64,000 nucleotides of DNA from an uncultured Planctomycetota bacterium. GTDB taxonomy: Bacteria > Planctomycetota > Planctomycetia > Gemmatales > Gemmataceae. The notes under the pieces were generated by a model. The model was given only the letters and a program-made list of their open reading frames with translations. It was not told the origin of the DNA and searched no databases. Shown here piece by piece: positions 54,901-64,000 of the stretch. Every line of letters begins with the position of its first letter. Position 1 is the stretch's first letter. The translations under genes and the position numbers were made by a program. Location of the stretch: NCBI GenBank assembly GCA_963849325.1, contig CAWKHF010000007.1:576001-640000 (forward strand), read 5' to 3'.

Positions 54901-55554
54901 CCGCCGCTGCTGGTCGTACTGCCACCACCGCCGCTGCTGCTGCTGGTCGTACTGCCGCCACCGCCGCCGCTGCTCGTATTGCCGACACCTCCGCCGCTGC
55001 TCGTACTGCTGCCGCCGCCGCCCATCTCCGCAGCCATTACCGCCGTCGAGGACCGAAACGCCGGAAGGACCGCTGGGGAAGCCGAACGAAAGATTCGGCC
55101 CGCGTTGCTGCCGAACTCGGCCTGCCAGACCGACACGGCCAACGGCACGCCGGCCGGAGTCAAGAGATGTCCGTCGCCGGGACTGCGGTCGGAGCCAAGG
55201 ACCGAAGGATGCTCTCCCTGCCGCCACTGGATCTGCACCGTCGTCATGGAGGAGGAAGGCATCGCTGGCTGGGCGGACTGGGCCGCACGCATTTCCGCAT
55301 GGATGGCCTCATTCGCCGGCGAGGGCATCGACGGCTGCGCGTAGTGGGCTGCGGGGGCAACCGGCGGCTGGGCCGACGGCGCTTCCACCAGCGTCAGCGA
55401 GGGCATCGTGCGATCCTCCAACACTTCCAAACTCAGCCGCTTCGTCGGCGCGGGGCGGCGACGCTTGGGCGGCGAAGTCCTCTTTTCGGCTTGCCCCTCC
55501 GGCAGCCGACGACGCGCATCCCCCTTTTGCCACAGAAAATTCGAAGAGCGACAT
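51999..55554 (-). CDS. Giant surface protein: LEDRxxP motif, G/S/T and Pro-Thr repeats, four Ig-like (Big_9/cadherin-like) repeats, beta-helix-like C-terminus; frameshifts near 55535, 53590, 52215
   Basis: GAGGT plus ATG 55554 (MSLFEF/LWQK), LSLEVLEDRTMPS, repeated GVLANDxDxDGDxLTA...GTLQLNxDGSFTYTP. Confidence 0.85.
54411..54794 (-). repeat. Intragenic tandem repeats: 11 x 24 nt (GGPTYPTN) followed by about 19 x Pro-Thr
   Basis: Read from sequence and translation. Confidence 0.95.
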
Positions 55555-55711
55555 GGAAGTGACCTCGCTGTCCAAAAGCCGAAAGACACTGGCGACCAAA
55601 GGCTACGGGAAGATAGGCGTCTATTCTTCGCCCTCGTCGAGAAGAGTGCAAGCAAATTCTTGCGGTTTGTTAATTTTTGCGAAATGGTAAAATGATGGGG
55701 AGCGATTCAAC

Positions 55712-56443
55712 ATGGCCATGCGAATCCTTCCGGTGCTGGACGTGATGGGCGGCGAGGTAGTGCGCGGCGTGGGCGGACGCCGGCATACCTACCGTCCCAT
55801 CGTGAGCCGGCTCACCGCATCGAGCCGCCCGGTCGAGGTGGCTCGCTCCCTCCAGGCGCACTTCGGCCGAGACGAATTCTACCTCGCCGACCTCGACGCC
55901 CTCTCGGGCGGCGAACCCGCCTGGTCGATCTACGCGGCCTTGCGTGGACAGGGATTTCGCCTGTGGGTGGATGCCGGGGTGCGGCAGGTGACAGATGCCT
56001 GTCAACTCGCGGACTTCGGCATCGAGAACATCGTCGTCGGCCTGGAGACCGTGGCCGGGCCGAACGAATTGGCGGTCGTGGTGGGTTCGCTCGGCGAGCG
56101 GATCGTGTTCTCGCTCGATTTGCGGCAGGGGGAGCCGTTGGGAGACCGGGGTGCCTGGGCAGAGCGAGACGCCTGGGGGATCGCGGAGCAGGCGGTACGG
56201 CTGGGCGTCCGCCGTCTGCTGGTGCTCGACCTGGCACGAGTCGGCCTTGACGGCGGCATCGGCACCCGCGAGTTGTGCGAGCGTCTGTGTGCAACGTTTC
56301 CGAAGGTGGAGGTTGCCGCAGGAGGCGGCGTGCGCGGCCGAGAGGATTTGGAGGAGCTGCGCGCCTGCGGTGTGGCAACGGCGCTGGTGGCATCGGCGTT
56401 GCACGATGGCCGGCTGAGCCGGGCGGACCTCGACGGATTATGA
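55712..56443 (+). CDS. HisA/HisF-related TIM barrel protein (Orf17-like of H4MPT/methanofuran clusters)
   Basis: ILPVLDVMGGEVVRG, YLADLDA, WVDAG, LDLARVG, AGGGVR; context next to the mch cluster. Confidence 0.85.
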   Translation: MAMRILPVLDVMGGEVVRGVGGRRHTYRPIVSRLTASSRPVEVARSLQAHFGRDEFYLADLDALSGGEPAWSIYAALRGQGFRLWVDAGVRQVTDACQLADFGIENIVVGLETVAGPNELAVVVGSLGERIVFSLDLRQGEPLGDRGAWAERDAWGIAEQAVRLGVRRLLVLDLARVGLDGGIGTRELCERLCATFPKVEVAAGGGVRGREDLEELRACGVATALVASALHDGRLSRADLDGL

Positions 56444-56929
56444 CGGCCGCCATTCACAGGTGGCCGACTGGCCGACGTTCTCCTCGACCTCGACGCGCAG
56501 CACGGCCGGCCGATAATTGTGCTGGCGCTGCAAATCCTCAATCAGCCGCTGGGCGATGTAGCGAGCCAGCAACTCCGCCGTGGTGTTCTCGATGGGCAGG
56601 AGCACGCAATCCTCGCGGGGGAATAGCCATTCGCGCTCGCGGTAGCGGACGTGGATGCCGCGCGGCCCCGGTTCGACCTGGATGTGGGGATTGTTCGTCG
56701 CCAGCATCATGCGGTGGTCCAGTTCGTCCGTGATGGCCTTGGTGCGGTGCTTCAGGGCGATGAAATCGAAGACGTAGTGGTTCTCATCCAGCTCGCCCTC
56801 GATCTCAACGGCGGCGCGGTAATTGTGCCCGTGCAGGCGCTCGCACTTATCGCCCTCGTAGCTGATGAAGTGCCCGCTGCAAAAGACGAGATGGTCCTTG
56901 GTGACACGGACCTTGAAGCGCTCAGCCAT
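56438..56929 (-). CDS. 6-pyruvoyl-tetrahydropterin synthase family protein (CExxHGH, PTPS-I/III-type motif)
   Basis: FCSGHF, KCERLHGHNY, LDH, NTTAELLA, VEE. Confidence 0.9.
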   Translation of the reverse strand: MAERFKVRVTKDHLVFCSGHFISYEGDKCERLHGHNYRAAVEIEGELDENHYVFDFIALKHRTKAITDELDHRMMLATNNPHIQVEPGPRGIHVRYREREWLFPREDCVLLPIENTTAELLARYIAQRLIEDLQRQHNYRPAVLRVEVEENVGQSATCEWRPS

Positions 56930-57021
56930 GCGGCAATTCCGAGGCGACCGAAGGCGTTCGAGGGTGGTCTCTTTCGCTCACGCACGACCCCGCGGCGCGA
57001 TTGTTTGCCGGGGCCACATTC

Positions 57022-57050
57022 ATTCTATGCACGGCCCGATGGCCTCTCAA
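57022..57050 (-). promoter_or_regulatory. Sigma70-like promoter for the PTPS gene
   Basis: TTGAGA-N17-TAGAAT on the minus strand. Confidence 0.6.
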
Positions 57051-57213
57051 CGTCCGCCACGGAATCGCCACGCTTCGGGCCGCGTTTTCACCGGAGGGAA
57101 CCGAGGGAAGCATGGACTGGAGCGCGGGTACTCTCCTATATTGTCGATGTCCAGAGGGAGTTTGCCGTCGGTTCCTTTATCTTCGATCATTCCGATCGCG
57201 GACCTGGTGAAAC

Positions 57214-57891
57214 ATGCTCGACAGACGGGACATCTTTCACTGGGATACCGTGAACTGGTCCATTTGTCTTCCCCTGTGGGAGCCGGAGGTTTCGGCCGGA
57301 CCCTGCGATTGCCTGGAGATCGGTTCCGGCCCTGGCGGGCTGTCTCTCTGGCTCGCAGCCAAGGGCCACAACGTCATTTGCTCGGATCGCAGCCCGCCCG
57401 GCCCCGCAGTGCGCGAGCTGCACCATCGTCACGGTGTCGCGCAACGGATTCAGTACGAAACGATCGACGCGAACGAGATTCCCTACTCGGATCGATTCGA
57501 CGTCATCATCTTCAAGTCCGTGCTGGGCAGTATCTGGGCCAATGGCGGGCCGGAGGGACTGCGGCGACCCCTTCGCCAGATACACAAGGCGTTGAAAGCG
57601 AAGGGGAGGCTTCTCTTCGCCGAGAACTTACGAGCGACGGCCCTGCACATGTACTGTCGCAAGCGGTTCCTGAATCGGACGGAGGCGTCCTGGCGCTACC
57701 CACGCATCCACGACGTCCTTTCCGCGCTCGGCGAGGACTGGGCCAACGTCCGCTATCGGACCACGGGATTCCTCGGCACCTTCGGACGCAGTGAGCGTCA
57801 GCGCTCGGCGCTGGGCTACATCGATAAGGTGATAACGCCCTGCCTACCCCGGAGTTGGCACTACGTCATGGCCGGTGTGGCCATCAAGTAG
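57214..57891 (+). CDS. Class I SAM-dependent methyltransferase
   Basis: LEIGSGPGG, CSD, FDVIIFKSVL, GRLLFAEN. Confidence 0.85.
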   Translation: MLDRRDIFHWDTVNWSICLPLWEPEVSAGPCDCLEIGSGPGGLSLWLAAKGHNVICSDRSPPGPAVRELHHRHGVAQRIQYETIDANEIPYSDRFDVIIFKSVLGSIWANGGPEGLRRPLRQIHKALKAKGRLLFAENLRATALHMYCRKRFLNRTEASWRYPRIHDVLSALGEDWANVRYRTTGFLGTFGRSERQRSALGYIDKVITPCLPRSWHYVMAGVAIK

Positions 57892-58763
57892 GGTTCGCGT
57901 CGTCGAAGGCTGCGGGCCAGGGATGACAGGCCGGCAACGGGACCATGCCGGATCGCAGCGCGACGAACAGGGACGCGGTAAGGAGGTCCGCGGTGGCGCC
58001 GGGATTACGCGGGTGCCCCTCCGTTCGCAGCCAGGCGTCGAACTCGGTCAGCGCCGTCCAGCCGGTGCGTTGTCGCGGCCAACCTCCAGCGAGTACGTCG
58101 CCGGCCCGCCGGGCAGCTTCCTCCGCCTCGTCCCGGCCGCGCTTGCGGGCGATGAGCGTGTCGGGATGCCGCGCCAGTCAGCGCAGATGCGCGAAAAGGA
58201 TCGCCCCCTCCAGCGAGCCGGTCGATTGCAGTCCCGCCGACAGGGATGGCACGCCATCGTCGAACACCTCGGCGAAGCCGTTGGCGTACTGGCGGGCGAC
58301 GAGATCGCGGTCGGCCGCCAGAGCCATGACCTGTCGCAGCGTCTGCGTTGGCTCGGTGTACACGTCTTGCTCGGAGGCGCGGCCCAGGCCGCCGGGCGCG
58401 GCCAGGCGGATCGCTTCGTAAACCAGCCGCGAGTCCTCAACGTCCAGACCGGCGAGGACGCGCTCGACGCCGCCGCGCAGCTCTTCCTCGGCCGGCACAG
58501 CCGCCAGTGGCGTCAGCAACAGCACGATGCCGAGGTTGGTGTTCGTGCGGACGACGCGGCGGGTGGCACGCACCGCCTCCAGAACGGTGATGCCGACGCG
58601 ACGCTGACAAGCCATTGTCATCCACGGCGCGATGGCGGCGGCGCTGAGCAAGAAGTCGGTATAGTCGGCGTCGGCGAAGTCGCGGTAGCGATGGACGTTG
58701 CCCGGCTTGCGGGCCGTCGCTTCCCAGATGCAGGCGATTTGCGCACAATCCGGCGTCGAGCAT
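57884..58763 (-). CDS. CitG-like triphosphoribosyl-dephospho-CoA synthase family protein (Orf7-like); disrupted by indels and an in-frame TGA at 58178-58180
   Basis: EATARKPGNVHR, NTNLGIVLL, PDTLIARKRG, NPGATADL. Confidence 0.85.
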
Positions 58764-58768
58764 CGGCG

Positions 58769-59632
58769 TCACCTCGCGCGGTAGTCGTGGACCACAAAGT
58801 CGAGCAGGGCGGCGGCCACGTCCACGCCCGTCACCGGAGCCAGGGCGCGCCAGCCGGGCACGGCGTTGACCTCGAGGACGTACCACTCGCCTTGCGGCCC
58901 CGGCAGCAGATCGACGCCGGCCACGACAGCGCCTACCGCGGCGGCGGCCTGCAGCGCCAGGCGCTCCTCCTCCGCGCCGGGCCGCACCACCTCCCCACTG
59001 CCGCCCTGGGCCACGTTGGTGCGCCAGTCGCCGTTACTGTACCGCCGCATCGCGGTCAGCACTCGGCCGCCCAGGACGAACACGCGCAGGTCCCAGCCGG
59101 GATGACGGATGAACTGTTGCAGGTATAGAACGCTTTGCGTTCGCTCCAGGGTGCGGAAGGTGCGCCAGGCCAGTTCGGGGTCGCGAGACGCGCATCATGC
59201 CGCGGCCCTCGGAGCCGAACAGCGGCTTGACGACCACGTCGCCGCCCAGCGCCTGGAACGCCTCCAGGGCGGCGTCGGCGTGCTGGCACACCACCGTCGG
59301 CGGCACGCGCAGTCCCGCCGCTTCGAGGTAGGCCGTGGCCAGGTACTTATCGACGCAAGTTTCGAGGACGCGCGGCGGATTGAGCACCGCCACCCCGCGC
59401 GCCTGCGCCGGTGCAGCAGGTCCATGCGGAAGACGACTTGCTCCAGCGAGCCGGGCGGCATGGTGCGGACGAGGACGGCGTCGAAGCCGGCCAGCGCGTC
59501 GGGAGCGTGGGCCACGCCGGCGGACAGGCGGCGGAAATCGACGGTGCTGGCCTCATGACCGCGCTGCCCCGCGGCGCGGCGAAGGTCGCGGACGTGCCAG
59601 CCATCGCCGGCCGAAAGGAGAGCTAGGCGCAT
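58769..59632 (-). CDS. RimK-family ATP-grasp glutamate ligase (Orf5/MptN-like), frameshifts near 59400 and 59185
   Basis: GWHVRDL, GSLEQVVFRMDLL, VDKY, VVKPLFGSEGRG, WRTNVAQG, LEVNAVPGW. Confidence 0.88.
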
Positions 59633-59751
59633 GCAGAACTTCGATCACGTCATGGTAGCGCGGAAGTCATCCTCTAACTCCGCTAGCCGTTTCCACTCCG
59701 CAATAATAGCCAGAAGGTCGTCGCCACGCATTAGACGAAGTTCGCAAACCT

Positions 59752-59811
59752 GAGCGGGGGGCGTTAGCCCCCTGAGCGCTGCATCTCTCAGGGGGCTGAC
59801 GCCCCCCACTC
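59752..59811. repeat. REPIN-like palindrome, family B
   Basis: GAGCGGGGGGCGTTAGCCCCCTGAG...CTCAGGGGGCTGACGCCCCCCACTC. Confidence 0.9.
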
Positions 59812-59898
59812 TGAGGTATTGAAATCACGTCGAAACGGAATCCACACCAAAAGCTCGCGCCGTCTGCCTAGCTGGTCGAACATGCCCATGACACGCCC

Positions 59899-60861
59899 TC
59901 ACGAGCCGGAGAAGAACGAGCGGCGCAGCACGTCCGGGTCAGTGTGGCCGAAGGTGTGGCTGCGGCCGCTGCGTAGGTTCTGGAAGGTGATCGACGCCGG
60001 ACTGAATAAGAAGGGATCGATTTTATAGAAATCCTGTTCGTAGCGGGCGAAAATATCGGCGAACGGCGCGCCGTAATCGGGCGAGGCGGACGACGGCACT
60101 TTCGGTCCGATCTCGGCGAGCTGTTCGTCGTCGGCTTTGACCCACAGCACCACTTGGCCGCCGTAGAGGATGGCGTCGTTGGTGCGGCCGATGGCGCCGA
60201 GGAAGTCGGAGGCGACCGGCGGCAGCGGCGCGGTGCCGTAACCGGAGACGACCTGGCCGAGATCGAATTTCAGTTCGTACAGCTTGTGCAGGGCGGTCTC
60301 CAGCGACCGCGCCACCACCTGCACGTTGCCGGCCTGGCTCGACGCGGGTGCGGCCAGCAGCGTCAACTTCGCCGGCGGCAGATTCAGGCGCTCGGCGAGA
60401 TAGGCCGTCACCTCGTCGCCGGGCAGCTTATGCGTCTCCAGCACGCCGACGGCGGCGCCGGCCTGCTCGCGGCCGGGGATGTGCTCGAAAAGCTCTTCCT
60501 TGCCGTACACGGCCCGCATGGGACCGGAACCCATGGCGAAGAACTTGCCGACCGACACCTGCCAGCCGGCGTACTGCGATGCCATGCACGCCAGCACCGG
60601 ATGGTCGGTGTACACCTGCACGAGCGGGCAGGGCAGGTCGGCGAAAGGTCCGGGCGTCAGGGCGACCTCGGCCTGTCCGGCCAGGCAGACGCGAGCCAGG
60701 GCCAGTCCGGCCTGCAAGCCGCCCTCCACGGCGACTCCGCAGTCGAGGAGGCGAGCGCCGTTGGGCGTCTGATGGACGGCGATGCGCAGCGCCGCGGCGG
60801 TGGCGGCCATGTGATCGGCCAGACGCAAGGCTCGTTCGTTGAGGGTCGATGGGAGGGTCAC
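59899..60861 (-). CDS. mch: Methenyltetrahydromethanopterin cyclohydrolase
   Basis: ACMASQYAGW, FFAMGSGP, GVLE, QVVARSLETALHK, GRTNDAILYGG, DFYKIDPFLFSPA. Confidence 0.96.
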   Translation of the reverse strand: MTLPSTLNERALRLADHMAATAAALRIAVHQTPNGARLLDCGVAVEGGLQAGLALARVCLAGQAEVALTPGPFADLPCPLVQVYTDHPVLACMASQYAGWQVSVGKFFAMGSGPMRAVYGKEELFEHIPGREQAGAAVGVLETHKLPGDEVTAYLAERLNLPPAKLTLLAAPASSQAGNVQVVARSLETALHKLYELKFDLGQVVSGYGTAPLPPVASDFLGAIGRTNDAILYGGQVVLWVKADDEQLAEIGPKVPSSASPDYGAPFADIFARYEQDFYKIDPFLFSPASITFQNLRSGRSHTFGHTDPDVLRRSFFSGS

Positions 60862-60906
60862 GACAAGTTCTCCGGGGAAGGTGGAAGCAGCGCGTTGGAG
60901 ATGGTT

Positions 60907-62055
60907 CTATCGCCGGAAAAGCCAGCGGTCGAGGTCGGCGGCGATCCGCCGCAGTGCGTCCTCGCAGGCCGACGGAGACCCGGCGCGAGCGAAGAAGGTC
61001 AGGATGGGGTGCCCCGCCTCGATGCGCTCGCCGGCGGCGGGGATGTCCGCGAAGGCGGGCAGCTCCTGCACCGGCCTGGGAGAGTGCAGCTCCGTCAGCC
61101 ACGGGCCGTCTGCCGGGAACAGCAGATCCTCCCGAGCGAAGAGGATCGCCTTGCCGATGCAGCGATCAGCCGGCACGACGGGCGCGGACAGGTGAGGGAG
61201 TCGGCCGTGTGTAAAGACGTGGGCATGGCAGGCCAGGGCCGACACGCCGCCGGCATACTCCAGCACCTCGACGGAAGCGGTGTAACGCGGGTTGATCTCC
61301 ACCGGCCAGAAGACACCGTCCCGCATGACGCCATCGACGCCGAACAGGCCATCGAGCAAGCATTCGGAAGCGAGCAAGTGCCCCAGTGCGTCCAGGGCGG
61401 GACGCTCGATCAAGCCGGGGTCCACCGGGCCGATGCTGCCACAGTAGCGGAACGGCGCGGCGTGCAAGAAGGGAACGCCGACGAGCTGCCGGGTCAGACC
61501 GAGCAGACGCGCTTGCTTCCCAGCGCCCAGGAACACCAGGGCCATCGGTTGTCCGTCGATGAATTCCTGGAGATAAGTGGCGCGCTTGTCCGCTCCTGCA
61601 TCTGCTGCCATCCCGAACCGAATCCCCCCTCCGCCGGCGCCGCGGCGTGGCTTGATGAGCCAGCGTTTCGTCTCCGACGGTCGCGTTCCCGGATGACACA
61701 CGGCCGGCGCGGGCATTCCGGCGGCTTGCAAGCATCTGCTGACATGCTCTGGATTGCGGGACAGGGATAGAGCTTTCGCGCCGTTGCCCCACAGAGACCG
61801 CCGACGAGCGAATTGTTCTACGAGTTGCGGCCAGTTTTCCAGACCGCCGGTATACATCCACGGTCCCGGAAGTTCGCTGTCGATGAACGGCCCGAAACCG
61901 CCGGGATAGCGCCCCGTCAAGCGCGTGACGACGCAGCGGTGTCGCAAGTCCACATCGGCGAACAGATCAGCGCACCACGGATGCAACCCGGCCCGTAGGG
62001 CCGAGAACGCCGCCGCACGGGCGCTGGCTCCGAAGATCAGCAGTTGTTCGGTCAT
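60907..62055 (-). CDS. ATP-grasp protein (OrfY-like of H4MPT clusters)
   Basis: IFGASARAAAFSA, DLFADVD, YTGGLEN, KPRRGAGG, GLFGVD, EINPRYTAS. Confidence 0.88.
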   Translation of the reverse strand: MTEQLLIFGASARAAAFSALRAGLHPWCADLFADVDLRHRCVVTRLTGRYPGGFGPFIDSELPGPWMYTGGLENWPQLVEQFARRRSLWGNGAKALSLSRNPEHVSRCLQAAGMPAPAVCHPGTRPSETKRWLIKPRRGAGGGGIRFGMAADAGADKRATYLQEFIDGQPMALVFLGAGKQARLLGLTRQLVGVPFLHAAPFRYCGSIGPVDPGLIERPALDALGHLLASECLLDGLFGVDGVMRDGVFWPVEINPRYTASVEVLEYAGGVSALACHAHVFTHGRLPHLSAPVVPADRCIGKAILFAREDLLFPADGPWLTELHSPRPVQELPAFADIPAAGERIEAGHPILTFFARAGSPSACEDALRRIAADLDRWLFRR

Positions 62056-62148
62056 GAATCGTCCAGGCGTTGGCTTGTCGGTTTTCTCTCCGGTCGGATT
62101 GACGTTGCGGACTCTGGGGAACCGATGACACGAAGAGGAGGAATGCCC

Positions 62149-62176
62149 TTGTCGGCTATCTGGACTTGGGTATACT
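62149..62176 (+). promoter_or_regulatory. Sigma70-like promoter for the DNA methyltransferase
   Basis: TTGTCG-N16-TATACT. Confidence 0.5.
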
Positions 62177-62221
62177 ATTCTCTCGTTCAGTATCCGGGTC
62201 ATTCTATTTCGAGAGGTCTAT

Positions 62222-63124
62222 ATGGCGCGTGCGCTGAAGGGCCGAACGAGCAAGAAACCCCCTCCTCCTATTTCCACCTTACGGCGGAAGAAGCTCCTTC
62301 TCTTCGGGTGGTACGGAGGCAAGTTTTCTCATCTGGACTGGCTGCTGCCGCTTCTGCCCCAATGCCATCATTACTGTGAACCATTCGCTGGCTCCGCCGC
62401 CATCCTGCTCAACCGTGCGCCGTCTCCTGTCGAGACGTACAACGATCTGGATGGCGAAGTCGTCAATTTCTTCCGCATCTGCCGCGATCAAGGCGAGGAG
62501 CTTACGAGAGCGATTGCCCTAACGCCGTTTTCCCGCGAGGAATTCGCCCTCGCCTGTCTTCTCGACCCTGCGGTTTCTTCACTGGAACGCGCGCGGCGGT
62601 TCTATGTCCGCGCCCGACAAGTGCGGACAGGTCTGGCGCAAACTGCGACGCTCGGACGTTGGGGGAACTGCAAAAATACCAGCCGAGCCGGTATGAGCGG
62701 CATCATTAGCCGATTTCTAGGCGGTGTCGAGATGCTGCCGGAAATCGCCGAGCGGTTGCTGCGTGTTCAGATTGAGAACCGGCCCGCCTGCGATGTGATC
62801 CGCTTATACGATTCTCCCCAGACGCTGTTTTATTGCGATCCTCCTTACGTCCATGAAACGCGCGGAGACGCCAAAGCCTACAAATACGAAATGAGCGACC
62901 AGCAGCACGCCGAACTGGCCGCCATACTCAACGCGGTCAAGGGGAAGGCAGCTGTCTCGAATTACGACTGCGCACTGATGGATGACCTGTATCCTGCCTC
63001 AAAATGGAGGAAATTCATCAGCGGTCCACGCACGAACCACGCGACCAAAGGGCAGCGCGTCGAAGTTTTGTGGACGAACTACGACCTTGCGGAGCGAGAC
63101 AAGAGCGGGTTGCTATTCCCATGA
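62222..63124 (+). CDS. D12-class N6-adenine DNA methyltransferase
   Basis: WYGGK, EPFAGS, YNDLD, FYCDPPY, EVLWTNY. Confidence 0.93.
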   Translation: MARALKGRTSKKPPPPISTLRRKKLLLFGWYGGKFSHLDWLLPLLPQCHHYCEPFAGSAAILLNRAPSPVETYNDLDGEVVNFFRICRDQGEELTRAIALTPFSREEFALACLLDPAVSSLERARRFYVRARQVRTGLAQTATLGRWGNCKNTSRAGMSGIISRFLGGVEMLPEIAERLLRVQIENRPACDVIRLYDSPQTLFYCDPPYVHETRGDAKAYKYEMSDQQHAELAAILNAVKGKAAVSNYDCALMDDLYPASKWRKFISGPRTNHATKGQRVEVLWTNYDLAERDKSGLLFP

Positions 63125-64000
63125 ATTCCACAACGTGGCGGCTTGCTTGCCCGTCGCAGGCCGCTTCATCTGATCTCGCAAAATCATTAGGGTCGTTGCT
63201 CCAAACTCAGACCGACGGAGCGGGTTCAACAACATCGCCCATGAGGGAGCGACGGTGTGGATGTCGATCAGCAGCACGTCCATTTCCTCCCCGGCCGTCT
63301 CGACAGCCCCAATAATTTCCCTTGTCCGTCCCGCCGCCAACCCCGCGGCATGGACGAAGCCATATTCCGGGATGCCGTGTTCCTTCGCTTTCTTGATGCC
63401 GTGACGGATGTCGTCCAGCGTTAGCGGGCGGTGCTTACACTCGTAGACACTCACCAAGGCTTCTCCTGAACGCACCTCGATATCGCCTACCGTCTTGGCG
63501 AATTTGTCCGAATACGTTGGCGGGTAAATTTTGACGGAACCCTTCGGGTTAAGCAGTGTGAGGAAGGTGCCGACGACCGACACAAGGCGAGAACCCCCAT
63601 TCGTATCTTCCAGAAAAGTCCGCACGAAGTTTACCACATGGAGATAATTACTCTGTATATGGGCGGATGCGGCGACTGGGTCCGTCATCTGATCGCGTGC
63701 GATCCGCAAGGCCGACACGAGCATTGCCTCGACTTGGGAAGAACGAGCCGCATGAGCCGCTTCCAAAAGGTCATGAGTCAAGCCGGCCAAGCGTTTGTTC
63801 TTCAGTTGGGGATTGTCCTTGTCGTGCTCGGGGTGTCGAGCGGGTTTGTTCAGGAACGGCTCGTTCGACAGCCCGAACAGGTTGCCCTTGGTTTTCTCGA
63901 AGGAAACAACGACACGGTGACACAGGCTACGCGCATCGTAGGCGCCCGGCAAGGCACTCCGTGCTTGCAAGGCACGAGGATGAGTCTGAGGGTTCGTGAG
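63113..64000 (-). CDS. Putative type II restriction endonuclease (SacI family-like), 5' end outside the window
   Basis: GAYDARSLCH, SNEPFLNKPAR, GDIE...YECK PD-(D/E)XK core; convergent with and overlapping the MTase; lower GC. Confidence 0.75.
   Translation of the reverse strand, partial: LTNPQTHPRALQARSALPGAYDARSLCHRVVVSFEKTKGNLFGLSNEPFLNKPARHPEHDKDNPQLKNKRLAGLTHDLLEAAHAARSSQVEAMLVSALRIARDQMTDPVAASAHIQSNYLHVVNFVRTFLEDTNGGSRLVSVVGTFLTLLNPKGSVKIYPPTYSDKFAKTVGDIEVRSGEALVSVYECKHRPLTLDDIRHGIKKAKEHGIPEYGFVHAAGLAAGRTREIIGAVETAGEEMDVLLIDIHTVAPSWAMLLNPLRRSEFGATTLMILRDQMKRPATGKQAATLWNSWE

Noticed and set aside
56930-57015. c-di-GMP-I or preQ1 riboswitch in the PTPS leader (GGCAAAC, GCGAAAG)
   Set aside because: Required stems and spacing are absent
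57214-57891. SAM methyltransferase as the methanopterin methylase
   Set aside because: Opposite strand, and pterin C-methylation is attributed to radical-SAM chemistry; there is no evidence beyond position
58178-58180. In-frame TGA in the CitG-like gene as selenocysteine or readthrough
   Set aside because: Not an evident Cys-equivalent site, no recognisable SECIS, and the gene has other nearby errors; a miscall is more likely

Overview
GC-rich bacterial chromosomal window, most likely a Planctomycete of the Gemmataceae type. This is inferred from an ECF sigma-WD40 fusion, an LEDRxxP extracellular motif, Uma2, H4MPT C1 genes and planctomycete-style palindromes. Most of it is housekeeping or metabolic: trmB-fabZ, a purine-salvage operon (deaminase-hpt-ade), glgB, a vanadium haloperoxidase/PAP2, sdhAB, nusB-PHP-ftsY, lptB, CoA-transferase A/B, an FGE plus sulfatase cassette, anmK, a transglutaminase and a giant repeat-rich surface protein. 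It ends with a tetrahydromethanopterin cluster (mch, RimK-like, CitG-like, ATP-grasp, HisA-like, PTPS) and a restriction-modification pair at the right edge. About 20 genes, including conserved ones such as sdhA and sdhB, are split by small indels, most plausibly long-read errors. No rRNA, tRNA, CRISPR array or transposase was seen. The most unusual signals are: (1) a degenerate Upf1/DNA2-like helicase with large insertions, coupled to a winged-helix protein (Mokosh-like layout without effector domains); (2) about 17 intergenic palindromes in five families, including empty inverted 7-mer and 9-mer tandem cassettes; (3) two tandem GCCGATAA hairpins upstream of a tiny poly-Asp/Glu protein; (4) a PTPS with the CExxHGH motif beside the H4MPT genes; (5) a secreted protein with 14-residue-period YNPYTG repeats; (6) an LptB with a HEAT-like tail.
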